DNA of 56,964 nt, filler included, from Sphacelaria rigidula (taxonomy: Eukaryota): assembly GCA_964200075.2 (NCBI GenBank). It is 7 parts of 7 records of this genome, joined end to end, with 100 filler letters (N's around TTAATTAATTAA, not from the genome) between each part and the next. Parts side by side here need not be neighbours in the genome. Positions count along the whole stretch, not along the records: positions 16,307 to 24,358 come from CAXNAA020012487.1; positions 24,459 to 32,510 come from CAXNAA020012488.1; positions 32,611 to 40,662 come from CAXNAA020012489.1; 4 more parts are not named here. One strand, written 5' to 3'. The notes beneath the pieces were generated by a model. The model worked only from the letters and a program-made list of their open reading frames with translations, was not told the origin of the DNA and ran no database searches. Shown piece after piece: positions 22,833 through 34,603 of this stretch; positions within the stretch are counted from its first letter, which is position 1, and every line of letters begins with the position of its first letter. The position numbers and the translations under genes are program-made.

Positions 22833-23875
22833 CGAGCTGGGCCAGCCTAAAGGCGGAGTTGTAGTTTGCACGCCCATTCGTCGGCCAATATTTTGAGATG
22901 ACCCTGAAATTTGGTATGGACAATGAACAGGGTACACTTTTTTTTTTTTTACGATGTACACATTTTTTTTCTTCATGAGTTGAGGACATTTTACTGTTAC
23001 CTTTCACTGATCATTGCCCTCAACTCATTAGAAGAAAAAAGTCTGACGATACCTGTGTAATTTTTTTCATGTGCCCTGTGTATTGTCCATACCAAATCTC
23101 AGGGGCCAACTCAAAATACTGGTCGGCGAATGAGCGATTTAGTATCGGGGTCGGTGGAAATTCGGAACAGTATTTTGCAGGCCACTTACCGGCCCACGTT
23201 CGGTGTTTTTGTAGTGAAAGTTTGTGTGGGACCTCGCTAAGGGATAATAAACCAAAAAAATGGGCCAGTTTGGTATTTATTTATTTTTCACTGGTTTAAT
23301 AGGGCGTTTTAGTGTGGGAACGACCATCTTTTTACGAGAACGTCCGAACCTCTCCCCTCCAAAAAAACGAAGGCCCATTTTTTTCATTCAGCATACCACT
23401 GCGGTCCTTCATGCTAAGTTTCGAATCACAATTCTCAAAATTGAGCTAAAATGTTGAGATAAGGCCGGAGAGCAGTGTTCATTTTCCCTCAAATCTGCCC
23501 GAAAAACCCGGAACAAACGAAATATAAATAAAGGTGCTGTTTTTTAGCTTCATTATGCACTAGCGGCTCTCCATATGAAAATTCATAGCACAACGCTCCA
23601 AAACCGAGACGCGACATCAAGATTCATAGCATCATATAGTGCCTCTGCTCGTAATATATCGATTTTAGTATATAGCCTTATGTGTGCCATATCTTGAGAT
23701 AGATGGCGAATTAGGTACAACGTGAGGATATCTATCGTCTCCCAGTGCTGCAGGCAACGTCCAGACTGAAAATCGTTGCCATCCGCTGATTGCATCGATT
23801 GGGGTTTCATATGAATTTTAGTCGACGAGATATTGCTTTGAGAGCCTAATTCCGTTTCTAGGCTGGCCCAGCTCG
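22833..23875. mobile_element. Non-autonomous Tc1/mariner-type element (TA TSD) with nested foldback
   Basis: TA|CGAGCTGGGCCAGCCTA...TAGGCTGGCCCAGCTCG|TA is a 17-bp perfect TIR. An internal foldback spans 22871-23136. The same TIR occurs at ~50623. Confidence 0.75.
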
Positions 23876-24119
23876 TACGCATACAGCGGAAAATACTCGG
23901 CTTCGAACTATGACCTGTGCCGTTACGCAATGCGAGCAACGATGACCGGTTCTCATGTACCTTGGCTGTCGATCTCATTGAGCGTGGCGGCGGAAGCCGC
24001 CGAACTGCTTGTATATATATATATATATCGGGCGTATTTGTATTTGGAAATCACTTTTGCGATACACAATACATCTCATCCATAACATTCGAAATGTTCA
24101 GGACGCGATGCATTACACT

Positions 24120-24220
24120 TTTTTTCGTTTTCTGTCGCACTTCGAACCCCTTCCCTCGGGACGAGTCCGTAGTCCCAAGAGATGGAACCATCTCTCCTCG
24201 GTACTCACCTTGCATTTTGA
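24120..24220 (-). mobile_element. 3' fragment of SINE family 2
   Basis: The reverse complement matches the tail at 34231-34335 (GTACCG.GGAGAGATGG...ACGGACTCGTCC...GGGGTTC.AA.TGCGACA plus an A-rich end). Confidence 0.65.
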
Positions 24221-25818
24221 ATACCCTAAACTTGGATACATCGATGTATAGGTGTAAAAATTATCAACGTATCATGTGTCAATTTGTCAGGGGGGGGGGC
24301 GTACTCATTTGTTGCTTGCCTTAGTCGTTTGACCATTGACCACGCATCCCTTTCGAGANNNNNNNNNNNNNNNNNNNNNNNNNNNNNNNNNNNNNNNNNN
24401 NNTTAATTAATTAANNNNNNNNNNNNNNNNNNNNNNNNNNNNNNNNNNNNNNNNNNNNTGGGACGAAGGTCGAATCTCGCACTCGTCGAACGTGAACGAT
24501 AATGGAAAACATTGCACTATCTCATCAAGCTTCCGAAATGGAAAATGTCGCATGGTGACGTTAAGCTGAAGGGGTTTATTAAGTGTACTGTTTTCAGAGT
24601 AGGTCTAATTGTCCCGCTTGCACGGGAGCGTTCACACGTAACGTTAGTTGGACATATATATATATATATATATATTTCGGAGCTCCGGCGCATAGCCCCT
24701 TCCGCGCTCAGATCTGCGTTGAATGCGGTTGGAGACGGGCTGTTTCTGCGCTGTTTTTCGCAATAGATACAGCGCCTACTTGAGGGCGTGCTATAACATA
24801 CCGCCAACAAATACGCATCGACAGCTGCAGTAGTGGGGAACAAAGGTGTGGCAGCGTTGGCCATCGTTGTCGACACTGACGCGGTGACACGAAACAAAAT
24901 GATGCGCGAAGGGCGCAATCGCCGTCTTAACCATGGCGCAAGGCTGCTGCAAGCATATTGGCTGCAATGAGTATTTTTCTCAGACAATCCCATGGGCGCC
25001 CACGCCCAACGGACGTCCATCTACGTCTACGCTGTGGGTCATTATCCAGGGTCGATTATTTTGCACATTTCCTTCCCCCTTTTTTGTTCCTGGTCCCCGT
25101 CCACTCCTACCGAACTGGCAGGACTGTCCGCAGCCCAATACTAGTGACAATCAGCATGGGCGCTTAACATATTGAATAGTCAAGACGGTCTATTTACCGG
25201 AGTGCACATGTAAAGAATCTGACCTGCGGCTCACAAGCCTGGGTCTTTGCTGTACAAGTATTTACTCACGCCGCTTGTGTGTACAAACACGCGTGTGCCT
25301 CCTACCATGAAGGGGATCAGGCCTTGAATTCCTTGGCTCAAAGCAGTACCTGGAGTGTAGGACCAGTAGCTGGGGTGCAGACGAATCATGGCGTGTCTAT
25401 GTTCATCACTTGCAACGGAATGATAACATGTGTAGAAATATGGGTCATTCTCCCAGAGGGACGTGGTTTTGCGCACGGACCTACCTTTTGTTGTCGTTGT
25501 ACGGGCATGATAGCATATGATCACTTGACAGTGCCATATTTAATCACAAGGCAGAAAACCCGTTGCCCTCGCCACCAGATCTCTCATAATGGTGCCCAAA
25601 GCCGACCCGATAGTTGATCAGTTTCCCTGTCCCACATGTTGCCGAATGCTCGGCTCTCTCCCTGAGAACGCATCATCGGCAATCTATGCCAAGGGGTGAA
25701 AGTATAGACGTCGCTCCCCTGTATAGGACGAACGGTTAGGCACGAGACTAGTGAAAAGATCTCGACCTCCCCGGCAACTTTCCCCGTACCGCTCTTTCAT
25801 TTTCGTCGGTCCGAGCAG

Positions 25819-25989
25819 GTTTTGCAGATGGAGCTCATGTTTTCGAAACTCTCTTCATTGGAAAGGGAAACCGCTCAGACATCGAGGGGCGGCGCTAAGT
25901 CTAACGACGGCAGTAATGCCAACAATGATTCCGAGTTAGATGAGGATTCATCCGGGGAGGCTCTGGAGCTGGAGCCCGTAGCAGTGCAG
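25819..25989 (+). CDS. Host gene exon (segment 4 gene, unknown product)
   Basis: CAG|...CAG|GT, 171 nt, phase 0-0, encoding VLQMELMFSKLSSLERE...LEPVAVQ. Confidence 0.6.
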
Positions 25990-26343
25990 GTCCGGTATTC
26001 CGACCTCTTGTTGTCACTCTTGGTTGCTACTGCATAGCTTCGCTTTCCGCAAGTGGCTTAATTTGATGATTACTTGCAACGGTTTTCAATATCTCACGAG
26101 GTAGTCTTGCTGAAGAGAGACGGAGGAAAATCCAAATAATTATATTTATTTTCGGTACTGTCGTGATGTGTTTGCAGTGTCGGCAGGACTACAAGGGTGG
26201 TGATTTTCATGATGTCGATTCATGTAAATTGAACCTTCCTGCGGCGTTTCCTCTCGACTTGTGTGATACAGTACCCCAAAAGCCCCACGTTCGTGCCCAG
26301 TAACTTTTGATACAAATGTTGACAAAACACGCCCACTCACGTA

Positions 26344-26683
26344 CAACAACGTTTTCGTGAGATTGAGAGTAGAGCACAGATGGAGAGTGGCTTTGATCAC
26401 TCGCTCTAACTTAGCCAATTTTTCATACCATGTGTACTTTCCTTTGCCTCTATCACTTGCGTGAGCTCACAGCTACACGTCGATATCCTACTCAGGGATA
26501 TCAGGGACCTCAGTGGCAAGCTATTACAGAAAACATATTGGGCCTCGTGGAGGGGCATTTCGGAATTGAAACGATCCATTCATTGATTGACCGCTTTCCA
26601 CTCTCAATCGTATCCTCTACTCTCAATCGTATCCTCTACTCTCAATCGTATCCTCTACTCTCAATCTCACAAAAACAGTGTTG
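26344..26683 (+). mobile_element. MITE family C, full copy with TA TSD and internal 19-bp tandem expansion
   Basis: TA|CAACAACGTTTTCGTGAGATTGAGAGTAGAG...CTCTACTCTCAATCTCACAAAAACAGTGTTG|TA. CTCTCAATCGTATCCTCTA occurs three times from 26601. Confidence 0.8.
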
Positions 26684-27649
26684 TACCCGTACACCCTGTT
26701 TACCGGGAAAAGAGAGATATGCGTAGCGAAGTAAGCCATGGTCATGGTCCAGATGATTGTCCCATGATCGGCAGCAGAAGTAGCTTAATGTTTGCTCATG
26801 TTGAGGCCACTTTTTTATGTGCAATGAGGGAGATCTGGCAGGAACTTGAAATATTATCGGTATCATTGACTGAGATTTTTTACAGACATATCGTCAGCTC
26901 ACCCTGCCCTCCACCTCAACAACCTCCCCTTTCGCCTCTCGCCTCTCGCCTCTCGACCCCATGCCCTTGCAGCGGTTCGAGGCTTCTTTAAGCGGTGGGC
27001 ATTGGGGAATTCATGCCTATGTCCCGGTGACCTTCAGCGGGGTGCATTTTGTCCGTGTAGACTGCATGGTACGTTAGTGTGTGTTTGTGCACTACGTGCT
27101 TCGAGATGTTGAGACTGCAATTACGTGTTTTCGTTTCCATAGATTCGAGGTTCACATATTGCGTGTTGTATTAGGTTGTAAGATTGCAATGCTAATCTGT
27201 TTTGTTCCGTTGAGATGGGCTCAGAGTTGAGTGCTGCGTTTTTGCAAGGGCGACGTGGTACTCGTTCGTATTTCGTGAAGTTGTTTTTGTCGGGGTTTTT
27301 CACATTTTGCGCCCGCCTTATTCCTGCACAGTTAGTAGTGATGAAAACGATATCACCAGCCGAGTTTGTGTCCCTTGATGACGGCGTACTCTGTGAGGGG
27401 TTATGTCAGACGCACGCTCCATTTCTTCGCAACGATTATCATGAGGCGTTGTGCTGAAGCATAATAACCACCTGATCCTAGTACCTTTTGCTCCCTACGA
27501 CTGATAGGATAATGTTCGTATTGCTTGTGACGGACCGAAACACATAATAACAAGTGTGCGAAGTGTGTCCTATTTTTGTTGTCATTTCAAGCTTTCCGTC
27601 TTTTTTTTTTTCGGTTTTTCCTGTTTTGACTGATATGATCTGCCCGCAG

Positions 27650-27742
27650 GTCCACGGCGTGTTGAGAAACTTGAAGCTGGAGATGCCATCAGTGCGCGAC
27701 GAGAGCCGAATAGCGGGTAGCACGTCGAGAGACGGCAAAAAG
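27650..27742 (+). CDS. Host gene exon (segment 4 gene)
   Basis: T-rich tract, CTGAT branch-like motif, GCAG| acceptor and AAG|GTAGGT donor. 93 nt, phase 0-0, encoding VHGVLRNLKLEMPSVRDE... Confidence 0.65.
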
Positions 27743-30304
27743 GTAGGTCCACTGGGTGATCCCGTCTGACAACTTGGGCGCTGCGCGTAGCAAATCGACC
27801 CTAGGTTGACTGGAAAACAATTGAAACACAAGTGCTGCGACTGGTTGAAGTAGAAAAACCAAGAGTTGCGATGTGCGAAATACGCGGTTGTTGTTGTCGT
27901 TGGTGGTGATTCTCGCAAAGAGGAGTTGCTCAGGTGTACTGTGGGGGCTACCGTTGCTGAAGGTCAGCCGGAGATGTTGTTCCGAACGGAGATCCGGCAC
28001 CTAAGCAGTTGAGGCGCAGTTTTGCGAACGGGAAAGTTTACCCTCAGTCGGACCGTGAGGTTTTCAGGCACGTGGGTCCAAGGGGAAAATTGGTGCTACA
28101 ATTGATGGTTGTCAATTCGCGCTGTAGGGATAAGAAGCTGTTGCATGTGCTGCCCACGGCACAACCATTTTCCGCTCGAGACTCTTGCAGTGATCAGCTG
28201 ACGTAGGGTGATCGAGGGGCCTGCCAGCGCATCAATACTTTCGGGTCCCCGCACAATCGGCAAGCAAAATACCTACAGAACTATATCCCTCCAAAGATGT
28301 AGTCGATCGTGCTGAGCTCCGGTCCGTACTGCCTCGAAAGATTGAAACCACGTACGATATTTTTGGGGTTGATTCATTTAGCAAGAATCGATGCTCTGTG
28401 TATCAGGCCTGTGCTTTTAGTAGATGTACCGTGAAGTGTGCCGCCGATTGTATCTTAGCTTGAGAAATCTAGACCCAACTTTCGTAAATGCTGCTTGTTG
28501 CTGGCGTGAAGTAACCTTTGGCGACAAAGTCGCAGGTGCAGATGATCGGCCGTATCATCCCTCTCAAGGGTATCAGCGATCCGTCCTCGCGAGGACGATG
28601 GCAATAAAGTACGCCTGAGTACAGGACCATGCGTGACTGTAGCCGCATCACGAGACCGCGTAGCCCCATCCGTTGCCCGTTTTGTTTGGTTAGCACAGGG
28701 GGAAGTCTCAAACTGGTGTGGGTCCTATGGTTGTTCCAACCGCCGCCCGTCAGCCATTCTCCCATCTGCTGCTTGCGATCATGGTCTATCTGGGTTACCT
28801 GTGTGGCCTCCTTCGACTACTGGCCAAGCCTTCCAGTGACTGAGATTGAAAGCAGCCCCTCTGCAACAATGCTCGCAACAGCGGGGTTTACCACGCCAAC
28901 GGTATCCATACGCTGCCCGGTGGCGTGGACAGACACTCGTATCTCATGCTGACAGTTTCGCGTAACTCGTACCGCCTACATGCCGCTGTTGAATCAATAA
29001 GTCTTCCTTCTCCAGTGCCGCATACAGCTGTATGGGTATTTCGGCCCAACGTCTAACCTCAATCTTACTGCCCTGTACATCCACCGCCATGAAGAATGCC
29101 CTGACGGAAGCACACGGCGTTGTTTTTTTAGTCGTTGCCCTTGGAGCCGACGCCTTGGCGAGAACGATGGACTGGTTTTCGCCGACCCAGGCTGAGTTAA
29201 TTGCTGGAATGCAGTGAGTGTATCGAAGGGAATACGATGGAAATGTCATTCGGGCAGCTAACTAGCACGTGTTTCCATTATGATGCCCTCTGTCGATCAA
29301 CATCCTTGATTCGTTACCGCTATCCTAGACGGATTTGGCCGTGGACGTTTCGTGCATCCTCCTTAACTGCATGTTGCTTCCTCTGATGTTGGCAGGGAGG
29401 GGAGGCTGTAATCGACAGAGCGGTCTCTGGTTCCACGGGAATGGATCAGTCAACTTTCAAGTCGACGGCTCTCAACGATCAGTCTGAGGGAAGGAGAGAG
29501 TTGGAAACGAGGCACTCTGGATTGGTAATGGGAGACACGGAAACGCGACGGGATCGAAAGTATACATGGTGCGCTGCTTGAAATGAGACATACCGATTGC
29601 ATTTTCGACGCTTGATGGTTTTTTTCGGTCGGCAGTGGGTTCGGGTCTAACACGGAATCTGTTGTCGAATCCAGTTTGTTCTGTTGTCGGTTTCGTTCAT
29701 GCTGCTCTTCTATTTTGGCACGCATGTTTCTTGAGCGAGATGGGGAAGAGCAGCCTGGGATTTTGTTTTTTTCTTCGTTGAAGGAGAAAACCTGAACCAA
29801 CCCTTATCCCGCTGAGGGATCCGTGTGCCGTTCACCCGGAGGTTCGGCCAGACTGCCCCACGGCAGTCATGTGGTGTAGGCGCCTCGAGCGTTCGTAAGC
29901 TTTGCTCAAGGCAATGTGGAGGTCCCACCCACTAAAGCCCCATATGTCATATGTCAACTTGGCGCAGTGCACACGCCGCCCTGCTCTTACGAGCTTCGGC
30001 CCTAGGAACCTGGCAAATGTATATGTGTGTGTGTTGGTGCAGCATGTGCGCGGTACGCAACCTGTACAACGGTGGGAAGTGAGTGTCGCTAGACGGTTTG
30101 TCGAAAGCACGGTAGACATGCCGTAAATTCAAAACGTGGTACATCGAAACGTTACAAAAGGTTCGGTTGTCACGAAGGGTGATATTTTTCGCGACGAACT
30201 GTGATCCTCGATATGCGTGCTCGGTGCTTTCGTAATTGTGGCTGCAATGATGCTCCCTACACGTTAATTCGTAATTGCCAAGGTTTTCACTGTATGATGA
30301 CCAG

Positions 30305-30406
30305 CGAGAGACTTTTCACGCGAAGCAGTTGAACGACGCCGTAAGGTCATTTTCCAACTCGGCGGGAGCTGCGTATGGTGGCATCGGCGGCAGTGGCGGA
30401 AACTCG
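30305..30406 (+). CDS. Host gene exon (segment 4 gene)
   Basis: CCAG|...TCG|GTGAGC. 102 nt, phase 0-0, encoding RETFHAKQLNDAVRSFSNS... Confidence 0.6.
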
Positions 30407-30713
30407 GTGAGCGTCTGTGTGAGTCTCTCCTACACACGTCTTTCTTTAGGATTTTCTGTGGGGTACGTATCTGAGTTTAAGTCACACACAAGTTGTGAGA
30501 AGGCTCTTGGGTTTGTTCGAGACGTGTGGTTCCTGAGCAATCTCAGAAAATCCCAACTATTCTTCGTTGTGTTTTGGTGGGTAATGTATATGCAGCGTAA
30601 GAGGCATGGGTGCAAGTTCAGAGCCTGTCGATACGGGTTAGTGCCGGCAGCGTTGCGTGTTCATGGTGTAATGATTCGCGAGTAAGCCAGTCGAGCACAG
30701 GCAAATCCATCTA

Positions 30714-31200
30714 TAACAACGTTTCAAGGGCGGGGTATCTTGAAAGTCGTACTAAAAGTACTCAACGTGGGGTACGGTGTTTGTAGTCGTACCCTAGAAA
30801 TAACTGGGAAGCGACCCGTAACACCTTACCCCAATTTGTGTACTTGAAGTACGACTTTCAGAATACCCCTCAATTGAGTATAACCTACTCGATCTGCCCT
30901 TGCAATGTTTTCGTGAGATTGAGAGTGAAGCGCTGATTGAGAGTGGCTTCCATCATCCGCTTCAACTTAGCCATTTGTTCATTCCGTGCGTGCTGTTTTT
31001 TGCCTCCATCACTGGCGTGTGCTTACAGCTACAGGTCGATATCCTACTCAAGGATATCAAGGGCCTCAGTGGCAAGCTACTGCAAAAAGCACATGGGGCC
31101 TTGTACAGGGGCATTTCGGAATTGAAACAACTCACTCACAAATTGACCGCTTTCCACTCTCAATCGTACCCTCTACTCTCAATCTCACGAAACCATTGTT
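30714..31200 (+). mobile_element. MITE family C copy interrupted in its left TIR
   Basis: Homologous to 26344-26683; the left TIR is split by the 30725-30902 insertion. Confidence 0.75.
30725..30902. mobile_element. hAT-type MITE with 8-bp TSD
   Basis: Ends CAAGGGC...GCCCTTG, internal inverted repeat TGAAAGTCGTACT/AGTACGACTTTCA, flanked by CAACGTTT and CAATGTTT. Confidence 0.75.
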
Positions 31201-31729
31201 CTATGCCGTATTAGTTGACGTTGACGATGCCTACTGCCTGATCCTCGCAGGCTTGTTCTGTCTCGGGGTGTGCCGCAGATTTTTTTTGTTTTGCTTGCAC
31301 ACTCTCAACCCGTCCCAATGCTCGGGATGCGTCCGCGATCTCAAGGTATGGAACCATTTCTGCCCCGGCACACGCCTTGCAATTGCTATCGCGAATTGGG
31401 TCAGCACGTCCGTACCGCGCCGATTATCATCAAATGAGCTATTTTTAGCTACTCACGTTCTTACGCTGTTAACGAAAGAGAATCAGATGCTATGAGAACA
31501 TGAACCAAATTTGTCTCTGTCGGAAATCGAATCCCCATCCGACCTGATGGTGTAGCGTGCGGAACACATTGAAGGCTATGACATGTTTTCTACCTGATGG
31601 TGTAGCGTGCGGAAGAAATGGGAGGCTATGACCCACGAACAGTTTTCCCGACGAGCTACCCATATAACCAATTTCCCCCCGACCCGTATCGGATGGCCGG
31701 CGCAAACGTTTTACGGCACAATGAAACAG

Positions 31730-32389
31730 TCGCCGGAAACAGCAGATACCGCCGATATGAGTAGGCATACCCCAGATCGTCAAGACAACAAGACGACCCG
31801 CCAACAACTGCGTCATGGCTGGAGATGGGCCTGGAGCAGAAAAGGGAGCGGTGCTTCCGCCGCGGATTCCTCTACCGGTGTGGCGCAGGCTGCCGCTACT
31901 GGCTCCCAGGATGGCACAGCCCCGGATGCCGTGACGAGACCACCAAGTGTTGACCAAACGACTCCAGCATTCAAAGAACTGAAGCAGAACGACACCGCCT
32001 TCGGCGGCGACGCGGCCGTCGGACGGCGACGTCCCCCACACCAGGGGAAGGATACAGCCGATGGAGAGCAGGGTGACTCAGGATCAGCGCGGGGTGAGGG
32101 GGAACAAGCAGGGGAAGTGGAAGTAGACTTGCGTTCCCGCGCTAGTCGGGCACCGTTGGAGGCCGAGGGAGGTACTGCCCTTTGTGGTGTTGCGGATTCG
32201 GTGGGTTCCGGTACCGGCGCCAACGCAGGTGGTGATGGTGCTGCTGGGGATGAGGGTGGGGATGACGAGGGTAGCTGGGAGCACAGGAAGCGAAGGAAAA
32301 GGAGAAGGATAGATGTTTACTCGTATTTTGCGATGGCTCTCGTGCGGGCGCTGGAGGCGCAGGCGGGCACGATGTCATGGCTCAAAAGG
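31730..32389 (+). CDS. Host gene exon (segment 4 gene; Gly/Ala-rich with basic NLS-like run)
   Basis: ACAG|...AGG|GTGTGT. 660 nt, phase 0-0, containing HRKRRKRRRIDVYSYFAMALVRALEAQ. The acceptor is less certain than the donor. Confidence 0.65.
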
Positions 32390-32746
32390 GTGTGTACTTT
32401 TCCCCATTTTTTTTCTGCGGCAGGCATGGGAGGGGGGGGGGGGGGGGGGGGGGGACAAAAAAAAAAATTTTGAAAGGGTAAAGTACAAGGGGAGGGATTA
32501 TAAAAGAAAANNNNNNNNNNNNNNNNNNNNNNNNNNNNNNNNNNNNNNNNNNNNTTAATTAATTAANNNNNNNNNNNNNNNNNNNNNNNNNNNNNNNNNN
32601 NNNNNNNNNNTTTTGGGCTTGAGCCTCATCTCGAAGTTAAACCTCAATTCGCACAATTTGTTGTTATATGGAAGTCCATCTCGGATATCCCTCATGGACG
32701 TGAATATCCATTGTGATGGGCATCCATCGCGGGTAAGTTACTATTT

Positions 32747-32854
32747 ACGGGTGGCTACTGGGGTGCCTGTAACCTCAAAATTGGACGTTACAGACCTTGT
32801 GAAACGTCTGTAACGTCCAAATTTGAGGTTACAGGCACCCCAGTGGCCACCCGT
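32747..32854. mobile_element. 108-bp near-perfect hairpin (minimal MITE)
   Basis: 49-bp arms with 2 mismatches and a 10-nt loop; TA on the left flank. Confidence 0.8.
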
Positions 32855-33059
32855 GTACATGGTGCCATACATAGGTATTGGTATGGCGCGTGAGGTGTAC
32901 AGTCATGGAATGTGATGAAAAGGACGGGTTACGGGATGCCAGGAAGGATGTGTGAAGCGCTCGACTATTACGCGCGCCACCACTTCGTGCCAGTACACTC
33001 TTCGGCAAATTTAGTAAGATTTTTTATATATATTCGATGTTGTGTTGAAGGTCAAGACG

Positions 33060-33539
33060 ACGTCAGGGCGGGGGAGTGTGGTTCATATTCACGATGGGTG
33101 GTGAATGAATGAAAACATTTACTTCGTATATGTATACATATGGCTGAGGCATCTGGCACTGAGCGTTTCAATTGCTTGAATGCATGTACGCGATGGGCTT
33201 CAGTATAGTAACGGGGGGCTTCGCTTTTGATGTTGAAGGTAAAGATTATTGGGATAGAATGTGTGTTACGGTTGATGGCGACGGCAAGTACTCTCTATTT
33301 ATATGGGTGGCGGAGGGATCATGTACGTAGCATATCGAAGGGTTCAACGTAACCCTGCGAGGTGGTATTTAGTTTCCTATGGCGTTCATTTTTTGCTGCT
33401 GACGGTGAGATGGGGGAGGGGGAAATACTCTACATATGTAACATATCTGGTGGAGGCGTCGTGTACGTACGATATCAATGGCTTCCATGGGTGTACGGGA
33501 TGGTTCTCATTATTTGTGTTTGAGGGTTAAGACGGAATG

Positions 33540-33575
<36 letters not shown>

Positions 33576-34598
33576 CTATTTTATTTTTGGGGGGGCGGGG
33601 GGAGTGGGCGGTAGATGGGCACGAGAAGTCATGAATATATATATATATATATATGTTCATCCCTGTATGGCAGAGGTGTTACATACGCTGCTTCTCCGTG
33701 GCTTGGAAGTGTACACGAGATAGTAAAATATGTGAAACAAGGAAATCTATGGCAGAGGCGTCATGAACCTAGCTTGTAAACGCCCGGAATAAGTATAGGG
33801 GATGGTACTTATGACATCTCTTGCAGATTTTATTTCTCCCGAGGGTCAAGAGAGGGTGGGAGGAGGGGAGGCGAGGCTCTCGGTTGATGGGCACGAAAAG
33901 TAGTATATATGTATATATACTACGGCTGAGGCGTCACATACGTCGATTGCGTCAATGACTTGATTGGATATTCAGGATGGTCTTCGGTCTAGTGGGGGCG
34001 TTTTTGTTTTTGTTTCTGAGTTGGAGCCGCCGCGCCCCGGTTGTGTAATGGTCCGACTGTCGCCATAAGGGTGGAAAGGACGACGTTTCAATTCCCGATG
34101 CGTTGGACTTTTTCTTCGTAATGTCTGATGTTTACCGTGGAAAGCGTGAGAACGTGAGTAAACAAAGTAGTTGACTGAGTTCGTTTGACGTGAGTTGACG
34201 CGGTGTGGGAGTGCTGGCCCAATCCGCGAGATCAAAATACAAGGCGTGTACCGGGGAGAGATGGGTCGATCCCTCGAGACCACGGACTCGTCCGGAGGAA
34301 GGGGAGGGGTTCAAACTGCGACAAACAAAAACAAGAAGATATATTAATAAACAAACGTTGAAGGTAACGATGGGGTGGGAGGGGGGGCTTTCAGTTGAGG
34401 GCCACGATTAGCACTATATACTGTATATGCATGACAGAGGCTTCATAGTGCTTCTCAGTGGCTTGAATGGGTGTACACGGCATGCTCTTTGTTGTTGTTG
34501 AAGGTGAAAATGGTGTGTGTGTTTTTTTTTGGGGGGGGTCTCGCGGTTGATGGCGACAAGTACTTCAAATATATATATATATTCATATATGGCGGCCC
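33060..34598. repeat. Highly degenerate satellite-like array
   Basis: About 7 recurrences of GGTTGATGG...AAGTA...(TA)n...TGGCWGAGG...TGGCTTG...GTGTAC, with embedded (TG)n and (TA)n tracts. Confidence 0.5.
34032..34337 (+). mobile_element. tRNA-derived SINE family 2, near full length
   Basis: Head GCGCCCCGGTTGTGTAATGGT (A-box-like) ... GTTTCAATTCC (B-box-like), a body, a tail shared with 24120-24220, and an A-rich end. Confidence 0.6.
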
Positions 34599-34603
34599 GT
34601 GGC

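Noticed and set aside
28400..30120. Minus-strand ORF fragments as genes or a gypsy remnant
   Set aside because: No motif could be identified with confidence, and the frames are short and broken.
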